From the NCBI GenBank assembly GCA_903832855.1, contig CAILDB010000003.1, positions 15,398 through 79,397 on the forward strand: 64,000 bases of DNA, read 5' to 3'. This document shows, piece after piece, positions 44,482 to 53,905 of this stretch. Numbering within the stretch: position 1 is the first letter of the stretch; every line of letters begins with the position of its first letter. The stretch is from an uncultured bacterium (GTDB lineage Bacteria; Patescibacteriota; Minisyncoccia; Phycocordibacterales; GWA1-40-21). Both the position numbers and the translations under genes were made by a program. The notes below the pieces were generated by a model. That model was not told where the DNA came from. It ran no database searches and saw only the letters and a program-made list of their open reading frames with translations.

Positions 44482-44509
44482 TTGACTTTATTTTCATAAG
44501 TAGTATAGT
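44482..44509 (+). promoter_or_regulatory. Canonical sigma-70-type promoter (TTGACT-16-TATAGT)
   Basis: TTGACT at 44482-44487 and TATAGT at 44504-44509. AAAAAGGAGAAG SD before the ATG at 44552. Confidence 0.5.
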
Positions 44510-44551
44510 TTTCAGGTACTGTTCTAGGAAACCGAGAAAAAAGGAGAAGTT

Positions 44552-44815
44552 ATGTCTAGGCGTCATGGATATGGTGAAAAGCCGAAAGTCAAAGGACGGG
44601 AGAACATGTCCAAAAGAGAAATAACGAGGTACGAGAACAAGGTCGTCTTGGTCGCTGGACAGGAAGTCATGTATGCGACCGAAAAGAAGACCGGGACCGT
44701 GGCTTCTGTGGAAGCAACCGCGTGCAATCTCGCGCTTGAAAAAAGCGGGTTTGTCGCCGTCTCGTTCGATGACGGACAACTGTGGATCGAACACGATAAA
44801 CTTGCGGCGATCTGA
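44552..44815 (+). CDS. Hypothetical 87-aa protein (GC-rich stand-alone cassette)
   Basis: MSRRHGYGEKPKVKGRENMSKREITRYENKVVLVAGQEVMYATEKKTGTVASVEATACNLALEKSGFVAVSFDDGQLWIEHDKLAAI. Own promoter and terminator. Confidence 0.5.
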   Translation: MSRRHGYGEKPKVKGRENMSKREITRYENKVVLVAGQEVMYATEKKTGTVASVEATACNLALEKSGFVAVSFDDGQLWIEHDKLAAI

Positions 44816-44835
44816 AATAGCGATCGACCAAACCC

Positions 44836-44866
44836 CCGGCGCATGTAATTGCGCCGGTTTTTTTTG
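44836..44866 (+). terminator. Rho-independent terminator
   Basis: CCGGCGCatgtaattGCGCCGG followed by TTTTTTTT. Confidence 0.55.
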
Positions 44867-44922
44867 TAAAAAATAAAAAAAAATTTGCAACAAATGATAT
44901 TTGTGTGTAATACTATACATTA

Positions 44923-47100
44923 ATGAAATTATTAATTGTAGAATCGCCTTCAAAAGCGAAAACAATAGAAAAATATTTGGAAGGAGAATTTGTCGTCAAA
45001 GCGAGCGTAGGACACATTCGCGACCTTCCAAAAAGTAACAAACAAGCCATCGATATTCCCGGTGGTTTTATTCCCCATTATGAAATTTCCCCTGGGAAAG
45101 AAAAAGTTGTAGCTGAAATCCGTTCCCTTTCCAAAAAAGCTGATGAGGTATTGCTCGCAACCGACCCTGACCGAGAAGGAGAAGCTATTGCATGGCACAT
45201 CAAAGAGGCAGTGGGACTGAAAAATCCAAAAAGAATTTGTTTCTATGAAATTACGAAAGATGCGGTCAAAGAAGCGATTAAAAATCCTCGCGAAATAGAT
45301 GACAATTTGAGAAAAGCCCAAGAAGCGCGACGCGTGCTGGATAGAATTGTCGGATATGATTTGTCCGGTATGATTTGGAAAAAGGTGCGATATGGACTTT
45401 CTGCTGGACGCGTGCAATCCCCTGCCCTCCGTATAATAATGGAAAGAGAAAGAGAAATCCGCGCGTTTATTCCGGAAAAATTTTGGGTAATTACCGCAGA
45501 CACTGAAGCAAACAAAAAAGATTTGATTTCTTTTGTCTGTGAAAAAGAACCTCGTGATATTAAAGAAGTTGAAAAGATTCTTGAGGTTGGCAAAAAAGAA
45601 AAATGGACGATAAAAAGTGTAAATGAAACAGAAGCCAAAAGAAGTCCAAAAGCGCCATTTACAACTTCTACTTTGCAACAAACTGCAAGTACACGACTCG
45701 GTTTTGCTCCATCAAAGACGATGGGTGTGGCACAGAAGCTCTACGAGGCCGGTCTTATCACATACATGAGGACAGACAGCACAAATATGAGTGTGGTTGC
45801 ACTTGACCAAATTTCCGCAGTTGTAAACAAAGAATACGGTGCAGATTTTGCAAAAAGAAATGTTTACGTAACAAAAAGCAAAAATGCTCAGGAGGCTCAC
45901 GAAGCTGTAAGACCAACAGATATGAGTAAAAAGGTTGCAGGATTTACAGATGAACAAAAAAGACTTTATCGTTTGATTTGGCAGAGAACAATCGCTTCAC
46001 AAATGACAGATGCAAAAATTTTGAGAACAAAAATAACCGCACAAGTCGGTGATGGCACACAAACTCCGGATTTTTCTACAAATGGTTCGCGAACACTTTT
46101 TGAAGGCTGGCTCAAAGCTGACCCAGAAGCCAGAGGCGAAGATGTAGAACTTCCTGTAGTCAAAGATGGCGATGAAGTTAAATTACTTGAATTAAACAGC
46201 GAAGAAAAATCCACCGAACCACCAAACAGATACACCGAAGCTGGCCTCATTAAGGAACTAGAAAAAAGAGGTATTGGAAGACCTTCCACATATGCATCAA
46301 TTATGAAAACTCTTGATGAAAGAGACTACGTCAGAAAAGAAGGTAAGACGTTAATACCGACAGACACAGGAGATGTCGTAAGCACATTTCTTGAAAATAA
46401 TTTCGCAAACTATATCAGTGATACCTTTACTGCAGAAATGGAAGATGAGCTCGATGATATTGCAACTGGAAAAAGAGAATATTTAAAAACTCTTAAAGAT
46501 TTTTACGGACCTTTTGCAAAAGAAGTAAAAGAAAAAAATAAAATTGAAAAAGTAAATAATCTCGGCGAAGCGGATGAAAAACACAAATGTCCTGTCTGCG
46601 GTGGGCCGATGGTAATCAAACTTTCCAAAACTGGAAGATTTATGAGTTGTGCAAAATTCCCAGATTGTGTGGGAGCGAGAAAAATAGACGGCGAAGAAAT
46701 GGCTGGGCCAAAGGAAACCGGCGAAATGTGTCCGGAATGTAAAAAAGGTAAACTCGTAGAAAGAGAAGGCCGTTTTGGCAAATTTATTTCTTGTTCAAAT
46801 TATCCAAAATGTAAATTTATCAAAAAAGATGCCGAGCTCGAAAGACAAAATAGCACCGGTGTCGCCTGCCCAATTTGCAAAACAGGAATGATGACCGAGA
46901 GACGAGGAAGATTTGGTAACTTTTACAGTTGTTCAAATTATCCAAAATGCAAAAATATTACAAAAGCAAAACCAACCGGCAACATCTGCCCTACTTGTGG
47001 TGCCCTGATGATGGCCGGAACAAAAACAATTCCGGAAAGATGCTCAAACAACAAATGTCCAAACAACAGACCGGATAAATTGGAGAAAAAACAATCTTAG
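44923..47100 (+). CDS. topA: DNA topoisomerase I
   Basis: 725 aa. TOPRIM (LLIVESPSKAKTI...DPDREGE), catalytic Tyr region and three C-terminal CxxC zinc ribbons. Confidence 0.95.
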   Translation: MKLLIVESPSKAKTIEKYLEGEFVVKASVGHIRDLPKSNKQAIDIPGGFIPHYEISPGKEKVVAEIRSLSKKADEVLLATDPDREGEAIAWHIKEAVGLKNPKRICFYEITKDAVKEAIKNPREIDDNLRKAQEARRVLDRIVGYDLSGMIWKKVRYGLSAGRVQSPALRIIMEREREIRAFIPEKFWVITADTEANKKDLISFVCEKEPRDIKEVEKILEVGKKEKWTIKSVNETEAKRSPKAPFTTSTLQQTASTRLGFAPSKTMGVAQKLYEAGLITYMRTDSTNMSVVALDQISAVVNKEYGADFAKRNVYVTKSKNAQEAHEAVRPTDMSKKVAGFTDEQKRLYRLIWQRTIASQMTDAKILRTKITAQVGDGTQTPDFSTNGSRTLFEGWLKADPEARGEDVELPVVKDGDEVKLLELNSEEKSTEPPNRYTEAGLIKELEKRGIGRPSTYASIMKTLDERDYVRKEGKTLIPTDTGDVVSTFLENNFANYISDTFTAEMEDELDDIATGKREYLKTLKDFYGPFAKEVKEKNKIEKVNNLGEADEKHKCPVCGGPMVIKLSKTGRFMSCAKFPDCVGARKIDGEEMAGPKETGEMCPECKKGKLVEREGRFGKFISCSNYPKCKFIKKDAELERQNSTGVACPICKTGMMTERRGRFGNFYSCSNYPKCKNITKAKPTGNICPTCGALMMAGTKTIPERCSNNKCPNNRPDKLEKKQS

Positions 47101-47107
47101 TTGATTT

Positions 47108-48637
47108 TTGCCACCAAATCTATACTATATAGATATGGCCACCATAAAAGAAATAACCGACTTGATGGATCTACCATCAAAAGAAAATGTAGACCTCGTA
47201 ACAAAGGCCTATAATTTTGCTGAGAAAGCACACGAGGGACAGAAGAGATTTTCTGGTGAACCTTACTTTATCCATGTGTATGAGACTGCCAAAATTCTTG
47301 CGGAGATGAAAATGGATGCCGCCACTATTTCAGCTGGGCTTTTACACGACTCCATAGAAGATGGCGTCGCCACAGAAGAATGTATCAAGACAGAATTTGG
47401 TGATGAAATTTTATTTCTTGTAAATGGTGTAACAAAACTCGGAAAAGTTAAATACAGAGGTGCTGAAAGACACATTGAAAGTTTAAAAAAGTTTTTGGTT
47501 GCAATCGCACAGGATCTCAGGGTTTTGATTATTAAACTTGCGGACCGTCTTCACAATATGCGAACGCTTGAGTTTGTCCGTGAGGATAAACAGCAAAGAA
47601 TCGCACTCGAGACATTACAGATTTATGCTCCGCTCGCCTACCGACTTGGTATTAGAAAAGTATCTAGGGAACTTGAAGACTTAGCCTTCAAAAATTTAAA
47701 TCCGAAAGAATATGAGGAAACCCTTAAATTTGTAAAAGCAAAGAAAGAACAGGATTTACCAAAGCTGGAAAAATTTGTGAAATCCGTGAAAAAAGCTTTG
47801 GCATTAGAGGGATTCACTACAATAAAAACCGACTATAGGTTAAAAGGTATTTATAGTTTACACAGAAAGCTTGGAGAAAAAGGTCAAGACATAGATAAAG
47901 TTTATGACATTCTTGCCCTTAGAGTTTGCGTAGAAACAGTGGCGGACTGTTATGCCGTTCTAGGCATTATTCATGGCATCTGGAGGCCATTACCCGGAAG
48001 AATCAAGGATTACATCGCCTTTCCAAAGCCAAACGGCTACCAAAGCTTGCACACCACTATTTTTACTGGTGACGGCTCCATAGTAGAAGTGCAAATCAGG
48101 ACAAATGAAATGCATCAGAAAGCTGAGTACGGTATTGCCTCCCACATTGTTTACAAGGAAAATGGAAGTACCAAAAAAGCTGAAACTGTAAATTGGTTCA
48201 AATATTTTTTGCCAAAGTTTATCAACTTTGCAAAAACAAACGAGGAAAAAGATATTCCGGGGTGGGTGGCAGAACTTGCCGAATCAACCCGCGACAATAA
48301 TGGCGAAGATAAGGAAGACTACTTGGAGGATTTAAAGGCAGACGTTTTTTCACACAGAATTTTTATTTTTACTCCAAAAGGAGAAGTGGTAGACCTACCA
48401 GTAGGCTCAAGTATCCTTGATTACGCATATATGATCCACTCAGATATCGGCAACCATACCAATAGTGCTAAAATAAATGGCAAGATTGCGGCAATTAAAA
48501 CCGAATTAAAAAATGGTGATATTGTGGAAATCATTACAAAAGAAAGTAGTAAACCAAGTACAAAATGGATAGAAATGGTAAAGACTTCAATGGCAAAAAG
48601 ACACATTAAGGAATTTTTGGAGAAAGAGAAAAAGTGA
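47108..48637 (+). CDS. Short bifunctional (p)ppGpp synthetase/hydrolase Rel/SpoT homologue (HD + synthetase + TGS, no ACT or C-terminal regulatory region)
   Basis: 509 aa. HD motif (HD...LHDSIEDG), synthetase core and TGS domain near the C-terminus. The start may be the ATG at 47135 (MATIKEI). Confidence 0.8.
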   Translation: MPPNLYYIDMATIKEITDLMDLPSKENVDLVTKAYNFAEKAHEGQKRFSGEPYFIHVYETAKILAEMKMDAATISAGLLHDSIEDGVATEECIKTEFGDEILFLVNGVTKLGKVKYRGAERHIESLKKFLVAIAQDLRVLIIKLADRLHNMRTLEFVREDKQQRIALETLQIYAPLAYRLGIRKVSRELEDLAFKNLNPKEYEETLKFVKAKKEQDLPKLEKFVKSVKKALALEGFTTIKTDYRLKGIYSLHRKLGEKGQDIDKVYDILALRVCVETVADCYAVLGIIHGIWRPLPGRIKDYIAFPKPNGYQSLHTTIFTGDGSIVEVQIRTNEMHQKAEYGIASHIVYKENGSTKKAETVNWFKYFLPKFINFAKTNEEKDIPGWVAELAESTRDNNGEDKEDYLEDLKADVFSHRIFIFTPKGEVVDLPVGSSILDYAYMIHSDIGNHTNSAKINGKIAAIKTELKNGDIVEIITKESSKPSTKWIEMVKTSMAKRHIKEFLEKEKK

Positions 48638-48638
48638 A

Positions 48639-49616
48639 CTAAATAGAAAAATTACTTACAGAATACAAATCATCATCTGCGGATTTTTTATCATCTGCCG
48701 ATCTATCATCCACAGGTGCTTCGGCGGGATTAATTGACAAACCTTCAATATGTTTCTCTAGCATTTCATTACCATTTTTCTTTTCGCCTTTTTGTCTTTC
48801 CACAACTTCAAGAATTGCACGCAAATCCTCATTTGAAAAATAATCTATTGTAATCTTTCCACCAATTTCTTTTTGCTCTATTTGAACTCTGGTACCAAAG
48901 GATTCTGTGAGCTTACCTTCAATTTCCATTATCACAGGGTCAAACATTCTCTCTTTCTTTCTGGCTCTTTCAAAAGCGATTTTTCTGGCAACAAGCTCAG
49001 CCTCTCTGACAGTCATTTTCTTATAAATAATTTCTCGGAACACTGTTTCCTGCTCTTCTTTCCTGTCAGCAAGCATAAGAAGGGGTCTGGTATGACCTTC
49101 GGAAATTTTACCTGCAGAAAGTGCCTCAAGCATATGTTCCGGCAAATCAAGAATTCTTAAACTGTTTGAAACATATTCTCTACTTTTACCGATTTTTTGT
49201 GCAACTTGAATGTGTTTAAATCCAAATTCATCTGTAAGTTTTTTAAATGCCTTTGCCCTATCCACAGCATTCAAATCTTCTCTTTGTAAATTTTCAATAA
49301 TTGCAAGTTCAAGTTTCATCAAATCGCTTTCATCAGAAGAACGAATGACCACCGGCACTTGAGCAATCCCTGCGAGCTTGGAAGCGCGCAATCTTCTCTC
49401 ACCGGAAATAAGCTCGTACTCCACAGCAAGTCCACCCTCCTCGGTTTGAATTTCTTTTCTCGTCACAACAAGAGGCTGTAGCACACCATACTGTTTGATG
49501 GAGTCCGCAAGATCTCGCAGTCGTGCTTCATCAAACTCCTTCCTCGGCTGAAAAGGATTTGGATTTACTTTTCCCGTATCTACCCAAAAAATTGAATCGC
49601 TATAAAATTGTGTCAT
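48639..49616 (-). CDS. parB: ParB/Spo0J-like partition protein (no adjacent parA)
   Basis: 325 aa. ParB box LQPLVV...GERRLRA, HTH, and a C-terminal acidic tail. Confidence 0.8.
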   Translation of the reverse strand: MTQFYSDSIFWVDTGKVNPNPFQPRKEFDEARLRDLADSIKQYGVLQPLVVTRKEIQTEEGGLAVEYELISGERRLRASKLAGIAQVPVVIRSSDESDLMKLELAIIENLQREDLNAVDRAKAFKKLTDEFGFKHIQVAQKIGKSREYVSNSLRILDLPEHMLEALSAGKISEGHTRPLLMLADRKEEQETVFREIIYKKMTVREAELVARKIAFERARKKERMFDPVIMEIEGKLTESFGTRVQIEQKEIGGKITIDYFSNEDLRAILEVVERQKGEKKNGNEMLEKHIEGLSINPAEAPVDDRSADDKKSADDDLYSVSNFSI

Positions 49617-49715
49617 GTTGTTTAATTATTTGTCTTCTATTTTAGCACAAATTTTTCAAAACAAGAAAGTCCCCGCGCTTTATTTTTTCACAGAAATAAG
49701 CTATATTATAAGTAC

Positions 49716-49801
49716 GCCAGAGTGTTGAAATGGTAAACAAACTCGACTCAAAATCGAGCGCTCGTAAGGGCTTGTGGGTTCAAGTCCCACCTCTGGCACC
49801 A
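49716..49801 (+). tRNA. tRNA-Leu (anticodon CAA), CCA encoded
   Basis: Acceptor GCCAGAG/CTCTGGC, 3-bp D-stem, anticodon arm CTCGA-CTCAAAA-TCGAG (CAA), long variable arm, T-arm GTGGG-TTCAAGT-CCCAC, discriminator A plus CCA. Confidence 0.85.
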
Positions 49802-49808
49802 GAACAAA

Positions 49809-50708
49809 ATGAAACCTAAAATTCTTGTAATCCTCGGCCCCACGGCCACAGGCAAAAGTGACCTTGCGGTGGATTTGGCTTTGAAATTTAACGGCGAAAT
49901 TATTTCTGCGGATTCAAGACAAGTTTACAAAGGAATGGATCTCGGTACAGGGAAAATTACAAAAAATGAAATGCTGGGTGTTCCCCACTATATGTTGGAC
50001 ATTGTAAATCCAAAAACTGTTTACAATGTTGCAAAATATAAAGCTAGAGCCGACAAAATAATTGCCGACATAATCAAAAGAGGAAAACTGCCAATAATTT
50101 GTGGAGGTACAGGTTTTTACATTGATTCGGTGGTCAAAAATATTACTCTGCCAGATGTTCCACCAAACGACAAACTCAGAGAAAAACTGGAGAAAGAAAG
50201 CATCGAAAAATTACTGAAGCTCCTAAATAAACTTGATCCTGAAATTTCCAAAACAATTGATTCAAAAAACAAAAGAAAGATAATTCGTGCTATTGAAATA
50301 GCAAAAGTTCTTGGAAAAGTTCCACCTATTAAAACGGAGTCAAGATACGATGCAATTCAAATTGGCCTTATAGCACCTGATCAAATCCTAAAAGATAGAA
50401 TATTTAAACGCCTTGTCAAGAGGATTGACATCGGCATGCTCAAAGAGGGGCAAAGACTTCACAAACAAGGTTTGAGTTTCAAAAGAATGGAAGCTCTGGG
50501 ACTAGAATACAGATATATGGCGAGATATTTGAGTGGACAAATTACGAAGGAACAAATGATTACCGAACTCAATTCAAAAATCTGGCAATTCGCCCGTCGC
50601 CAAAAAACTTGGTTTAAAAGAAACAAGCAAATATACTGGTTTGATATTATAAAAAAGAATAGTATAATTAAAGTCAATAATATTGTAAATAAGTTTTTAA
50701 AAGCGTAG
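49809..50708 (+). CDS. miaA: tRNA dimethylallyltransferase
   Basis: 299 aa. GPTATGKS P-loop. Starts 8 nt after the tRNA-Leu. Confidence 0.9.
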   Translation: MKPKILVILGPTATGKSDLAVDLALKFNGEIISADSRQVYKGMDLGTGKITKNEMLGVPHYMLDIVNPKTVYNVAKYKARADKIIADIIKRGKLPIICGGTGFYIDSVVKNITLPDVPPNDKLREKLEKESIEKLLKLLNKLDPEISKTIDSKNKRKIIRAIEIAKVLGKVPPIKTESRYDAIQIGLIAPDQILKDRIFKRLVKRIDIGMLKEGQRLHKQGLSFKRMEALGLEYRYMARYLSGQITKEQMITELNSKIWQFARRQKTWFKRNKQIYWFDIIKKNSIIKVNNIVNKFLKA

Positions 50709-50709
50709 T

Positions 50710-50745
50710 CCCGTAGTAAGAAATTCTTATTTCTTTACTACTGGG
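50710..50745. repeat. PR1-related short palindrome (CCCGTAGTAAGAAAT / ATTTCTTTACTACTGGG)
   Basis: Immediately after the miaA stop. Arms share the CCCGTAGTA motif. Confidence 0.45.
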
Positions 50746-50786
50746 ATAAAGAAAAAATAACAGAAGCGTTAGGATGGTATGGCGTT

Positions 50787-50984
50787 GTGGCGGTTGTGGG
50801 AGCCTATGCTCTGCTCAGTCTGGGCTTCGTAAACAGCGATTCCCTTTTCTTTCAATTATTAAACCTTACTGGTGCTATCGGAATTGCGATTGATGCTTAT
50901 TATGACAAAGATACTCAGCCAGTGGTTCTAAATGTAATTTGGGCAATAATAGCAATCATTGCAATAGTGAAAATACTTTTTTAG
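50787..50984 (+). CDS. Hypothetical 65-aa two-TM peptide (GTG start in ORF track)
   Basis: Hydrophobic throughout, no strong SD. Low support. Confidence 0.3.
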   Translation: MAVVGAYALLSLGFVNSDSLFFQLLNLTGAIGIAIDAYYDKDTQPVVLNVIWAIIAIIAIVKILF

Positions 50985-51025
50985 AGTTTATTTATTAATG
51001 ATTTTGTGCTATATTTTACTGGCAC

Positions 51026-51096
51026 GGGAGATTAGTGAAATGGTATCACAAGGCACTCCAAACGCTTTAGTGGGGGTTCGATTCCTCCATCTCCCG
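51026..51096 (+). tRNA. tRNA-Trp (anticodon CCA)
   Basis: Acceptor GGGAGAT/ATCTCCC, D-arm GTGA-AATGGTA-TCAC, anticodon arm AGGCA-CTCCAAA-CGCTT (CCA; 31-39 mismatch), T-arm GGGGG-TTCGATT-CCTCC, discriminator G. Boundaries +/-1 nt. Confidence 0.7.
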
Positions 51097-51227
51097 CAAA
51101 AAATCTCATTTATGAGTTTTTTTATGGAGGAATCGAAGACCGGAGCGCGACGGCGCGAGGCGGGGTCGAGCAAATTTTCAGCAGAAAATTATGCGTGACC
51201 GAACTTCCTACATCTCCCGCAATAATC
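51081..51227. repeat. Direct duplication of the tRNA-Trp 3' end (TTCCTCCATCTCCCGCAAAAAATC / CTTCCTACATCTCCCGCAATAATC) bracketing a ~105-bp GC-rich module-B element
   Basis: The inserted GACCGGAGCGCGACGGCGCGAGGCGGGGTCGAGCAAATTTTCAGCAGAAAATTATGCGTGACCGAAC is homologous to 17268-17340 (at tRNA-Glu), with compensatory GGCC/GGCC to GCGC/GCGC hairpin changes. Confidence 0.5.
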
Positions 51228-51231
51228 AAAA

Positions 51232-51262
51232 AGCCCCGCGTAATCGCGGGGCCTTTTGAATT
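51232..51262 (+). terminator. Rho-independent terminator
   Basis: GCCCCGCGtaatCGCGGGGC followed by CTTTTGAATT. Confidence 0.5.
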
Positions 51263-51480
51263 GATTATTTTTTTACTTCCTTGTGCGGAGTTGATTTTCT
51301 GCACCATTTGCAAAACTTCTTGAGCTCAATTTTGCGCTCAACTTTTTTCTTGTTTTTTCTGCTCCAATAATTGACCCTTTTACAGGTTTTGCAAGCAAGT
51401 TTGATTAATTGTATTTGTGACATAATTTAAATGTTAGGTGTCTAATATAACTTAAATTGAGATAAAATGCAAATCCTAAA

Positions 51481-53160
51481 TTACAATTCAATAGTTTCCG
51501 GAACCACAGTCTTGACCCTCCAAAACTTCTTGTGAAGTGTTTGCCCAGTCTCTTCAAGCTCCTTGCTACCCAAAAGATGCAGAATAATAACACCAGAAAT
51601 AATACCGATAATTCCGGAAAAGAATCCCTGACTCAAAATTCCAAGGAAAGTATTAATATGAAAGATTTTAACAAAAATATTCAAACACAAATAGGAAACA
51701 GCCCCCATTATCACTGAAGCTGAAAAACTCTGAAAAAGCACACCAAGGACATTCCCTGAAAAACCTTTAAAATCTTTTTCAAACATAAGCCAAAGCATTA
51801 TGCAGTTTATGATACTTGCGAGTGAAAAGCCAAGCGCAAGCATCAAAACAGAAGTATCGGCGAGCCCGTCCACCCTGAAAAGATGTTCTATAAAATATTT
51901 GAAGAAAAGTGATGAATTAAAAAGTTGAACCAATCCGAATGAAAAAGCTATGGTAAATACACCGGATAAAACACTAGTCCAAAGAGATTTACTCGTATTC
52001 CCCATCGCATAATATCCACGGACAAAAAGAAGTACTAGTGACTGTGCAACCACAGAAATTGAAAAAATGGCAAGGGTCGCAGCCACAAGCTTTGTGCTAG
52101 ACCAATCAAAATTCCCCGCTCCATAAATAACCCTGACTATTTGTGCACGAAGGACAATAAACAAAATACTTATCGGTACAGACCAAAAGATAATGTGTCT
52201 TGCACCAGTAATAATATGACTCAAAAAAGTCTCTCTGTTACCATCTGCAAAAAGTTTTGAAAGCATTGGAAAAGCTGCGATGGAATAACTTACACCAATT
52301 ATAGATAGCGGTACTGATTGTAAATTAAAAGCAAAATTAAAAACGGTAATTGAACCACTTTCCATAAGAGATGCGATACCAAGAAGAATAAGTACGGAAA
52401 ACTGTGACATTCCCAAAGTAATAGTTCGTGGTATAGAAACAATGACTATTTTTTTGACTTCCTGCCAGTTAATTTTGATTGATTTTAATGAGAAAATTCC
52501 GCTAGCCGAAACGAACGGAAGTTGAATGGCTAAATGCATAAGTGCACCCAGAATTACTCCATAAACAAGGCCGTAAATACCATAGATTGGATAGAAAAAG
52601 ACAATACCAATAATTATTCCTAAATTATAAAAAATTGGGCTAAGAGCATAAATCAAAAATCTTTTTCCTATCTGAGTAATACTCGCAAAGAAGTTTGAAA
52701 AACCAAGAAGAATTGGTGACAAAAGAAGAATTCTTGTCATCAAAATAAGTTCTGCTAGATGAGGACTGTTCTGCATTCCCTTAAAAATAAATGGGATAAG
52801 ATATGGAATCAAGAAAAATGCAATAATGCTTGTTGTAACAATTAAAATAGCAAAAAAGGAAAAGATACTGCCGATAAATTTTTTAGCATCTTCACTGCTT
52901 TGATTCATCTTTTCTGTAATAAACGGGATAAGAACCGAAAGAGAAACAATAGACGCAACAGAAACAAAAATAAAATCAGGAATTCTAAAAGAAGAATAAT
53001 AAATATCCAAAAATTGTCCAGTACCAAAAGATGATGCGAGCATTCTATCTCGAACGAGTCCTAAAATTTGAGACATTAAAGCAAAAAGCCCTAGCAAATA
53101 TGCCGCCTCGTGCAAGCCGTTTATTTCTCTATAAAAAACCTTGAAAAATCTTTTGACCAT
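51481..53160 (-). CDS. murJ: Lipid II flippase MurJ/MviN
   Basis: 559 aa, about 14 TM helices, MurJ-type N-terminal region. Confidence 0.85.
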   Translation of the reverse strand: MVKRFFKVFYREINGLHEAAYLLGLFALMSQILGLVRDRMLASSFGTGQFLDIYYSSFRIPDFIFVSVASIVSLSVLIPFITEKMNQSSEDAKKFIGSIFSFFAILIVTTSIIAFFLIPYLIPFIFKGMQNSPHLAELILMTRILLLSPILLGFSNFFASITQIGKRFLIYALSPIFYNLGIIIGIVFFYPIYGIYGLVYGVILGALMHLAIQLPFVSASGIFSLKSIKINWQEVKKIVIVSIPRTITLGMSQFSVLILLGIASLMESGSITVFNFAFNLQSVPLSIIGVSYSIAAFPMLSKLFADGNRETFLSHIITGARHIIFWSVPISILFIVLRAQIVRVIYGAGNFDWSSTKLVAATLAIFSISVVAQSLVLLFVRGYYAMGNTSKSLWTSVLSGVFTIAFSFGLVQLFNSSLFFKYFIEHLFRVDGLADTSVLMLALGFSLASIINCIMLWLMFEKDFKGFSGNVLGVLFQSFSASVIMGAVSYLCLNIFVKIFHINTFLGILSQGFFSGIIGIISGVIILHLLGSKELEETGQTLHKKFWRVKTVVPETIEL

Positions 53161-53220
53161 TTTACCCTAAAAAATTAAATTTATATCTTAGTTAGTATAA
53201 ATAAAAAATGACATAAAAGC

Positions 53221-53250
53221 AAAGTTCCACCTGTTGTAGGTGGAACTTCG
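53221..53250 (-). terminator. Rho-independent terminator of rnpB (minus strand)
   Basis: Minus strand reads GTTCCACCTacaacAGGTGGAAC followed by TTTGCTTTT. Confidence 0.5.
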
Positions 53251-53252
53251 TT

Positions 53253-53634
53253 GTATTGCCCTTGCGCCTATAAGCCGAATTCTGTCCACTCGTTTTTACA
53301 CGAGATGTACGATTATTTGTCTGGGCCAAATGTTGCCACTTGGCTCGTGCGACAACTCCTCTTGCGAGGCACGTGTCTTGCTCTCAGGTAAGGATTTAGC
53401 CGTTGCATTTTTGCCTTTCGACAAAACTATTCCCGAAGGAACCCTAGCCTTTCGGCATCGGCGTTTCTGTTCGCACCTCTTAGATTTCTCTATGCGGGCG
53501 TTACCCGCTACCCTTGTTCGCGGAATTTTTCGGCTCTGTCTCAGAGCCAAAAAATTCCGCGAGCCGAGAGTTCGGACTTTCCTCCAAACATCACCGAAGT
53601 GATGTTCAGCAATCGTCCAGCGCAATGGCAAAAA
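53253..53634 (-). ncRNA. rnpB: RNase P RNA, bacterial type
   Basis: Minus strand contains GGAGGAAAGTCCGAACTC (P4 5' strand), AAGGGTAGCGGGTAACGCCCGC, AACAGAAACGCCGATG and ACAGAATTCGGCTTAT (P4 3' strand). P1 pairs TTGCCATTGCGCTGG with AGGCGCAAGGGCAA. Both ORF-track ORFs here (53240..53602 + and 53296..53655 -) are spurious. Confidence 0.8.
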
Positions 53635-53677
53635 ACATAATATCATAGCCCCCAAAATAACGCAAGTTTTACCTTGA

Positions 53678-53813
53678 CCCCGTAGTAGATTTTTGGCTTG
53701 ATTTTTTTTGGGCCGACACGAGTATTCTATCCATATTTATAGCCATTTTTTATATTTTGATACACAATTGCTTAGTTGAAAAAAATCGGCCAAAGCCAAA
53801 AATTCACTACAGA
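53678..53813. repeat. PR1 repeat, long-spaced form (CCCCGTAGTAGATTTTTGGC ... GCCAAAAATTCACTACAGAG)
   Basis: Arms are about 100 bp apart, between the rnpB 5' end and the promoter of the 53906 operon. Confidence 0.5.
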
Positions 53814-53814
53814 G

Positions 53815-53843
53815 TTGACTTTTAACCTCAAAGGTGCTATTAT
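53815..53843 (+). promoter_or_regulatory. Canonical sigma-70-type promoter (TTGACT-17-TATTAT)
   Basis: TTGACT at 53815-53820 and TATTAT at 53838-53843, upstream of the GC-rich operon. Confidence 0.5.
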
Positions 53844-53905
53844 CTAACTTGGAGTTCTTTGACACAAAAAGTGTCAGTAGAAGCTAAAAATGTCGGTAAA
53901 CAAAA

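Noticed and set aside
53240-53655. ORF-track ORFs 53240..53602 (+) and 53296..53655 (-)
   Set aside because: Both lie entirely inside the RNase P RNA gene. The GC-rich structured RNA generates long spurious open frames on both strands.
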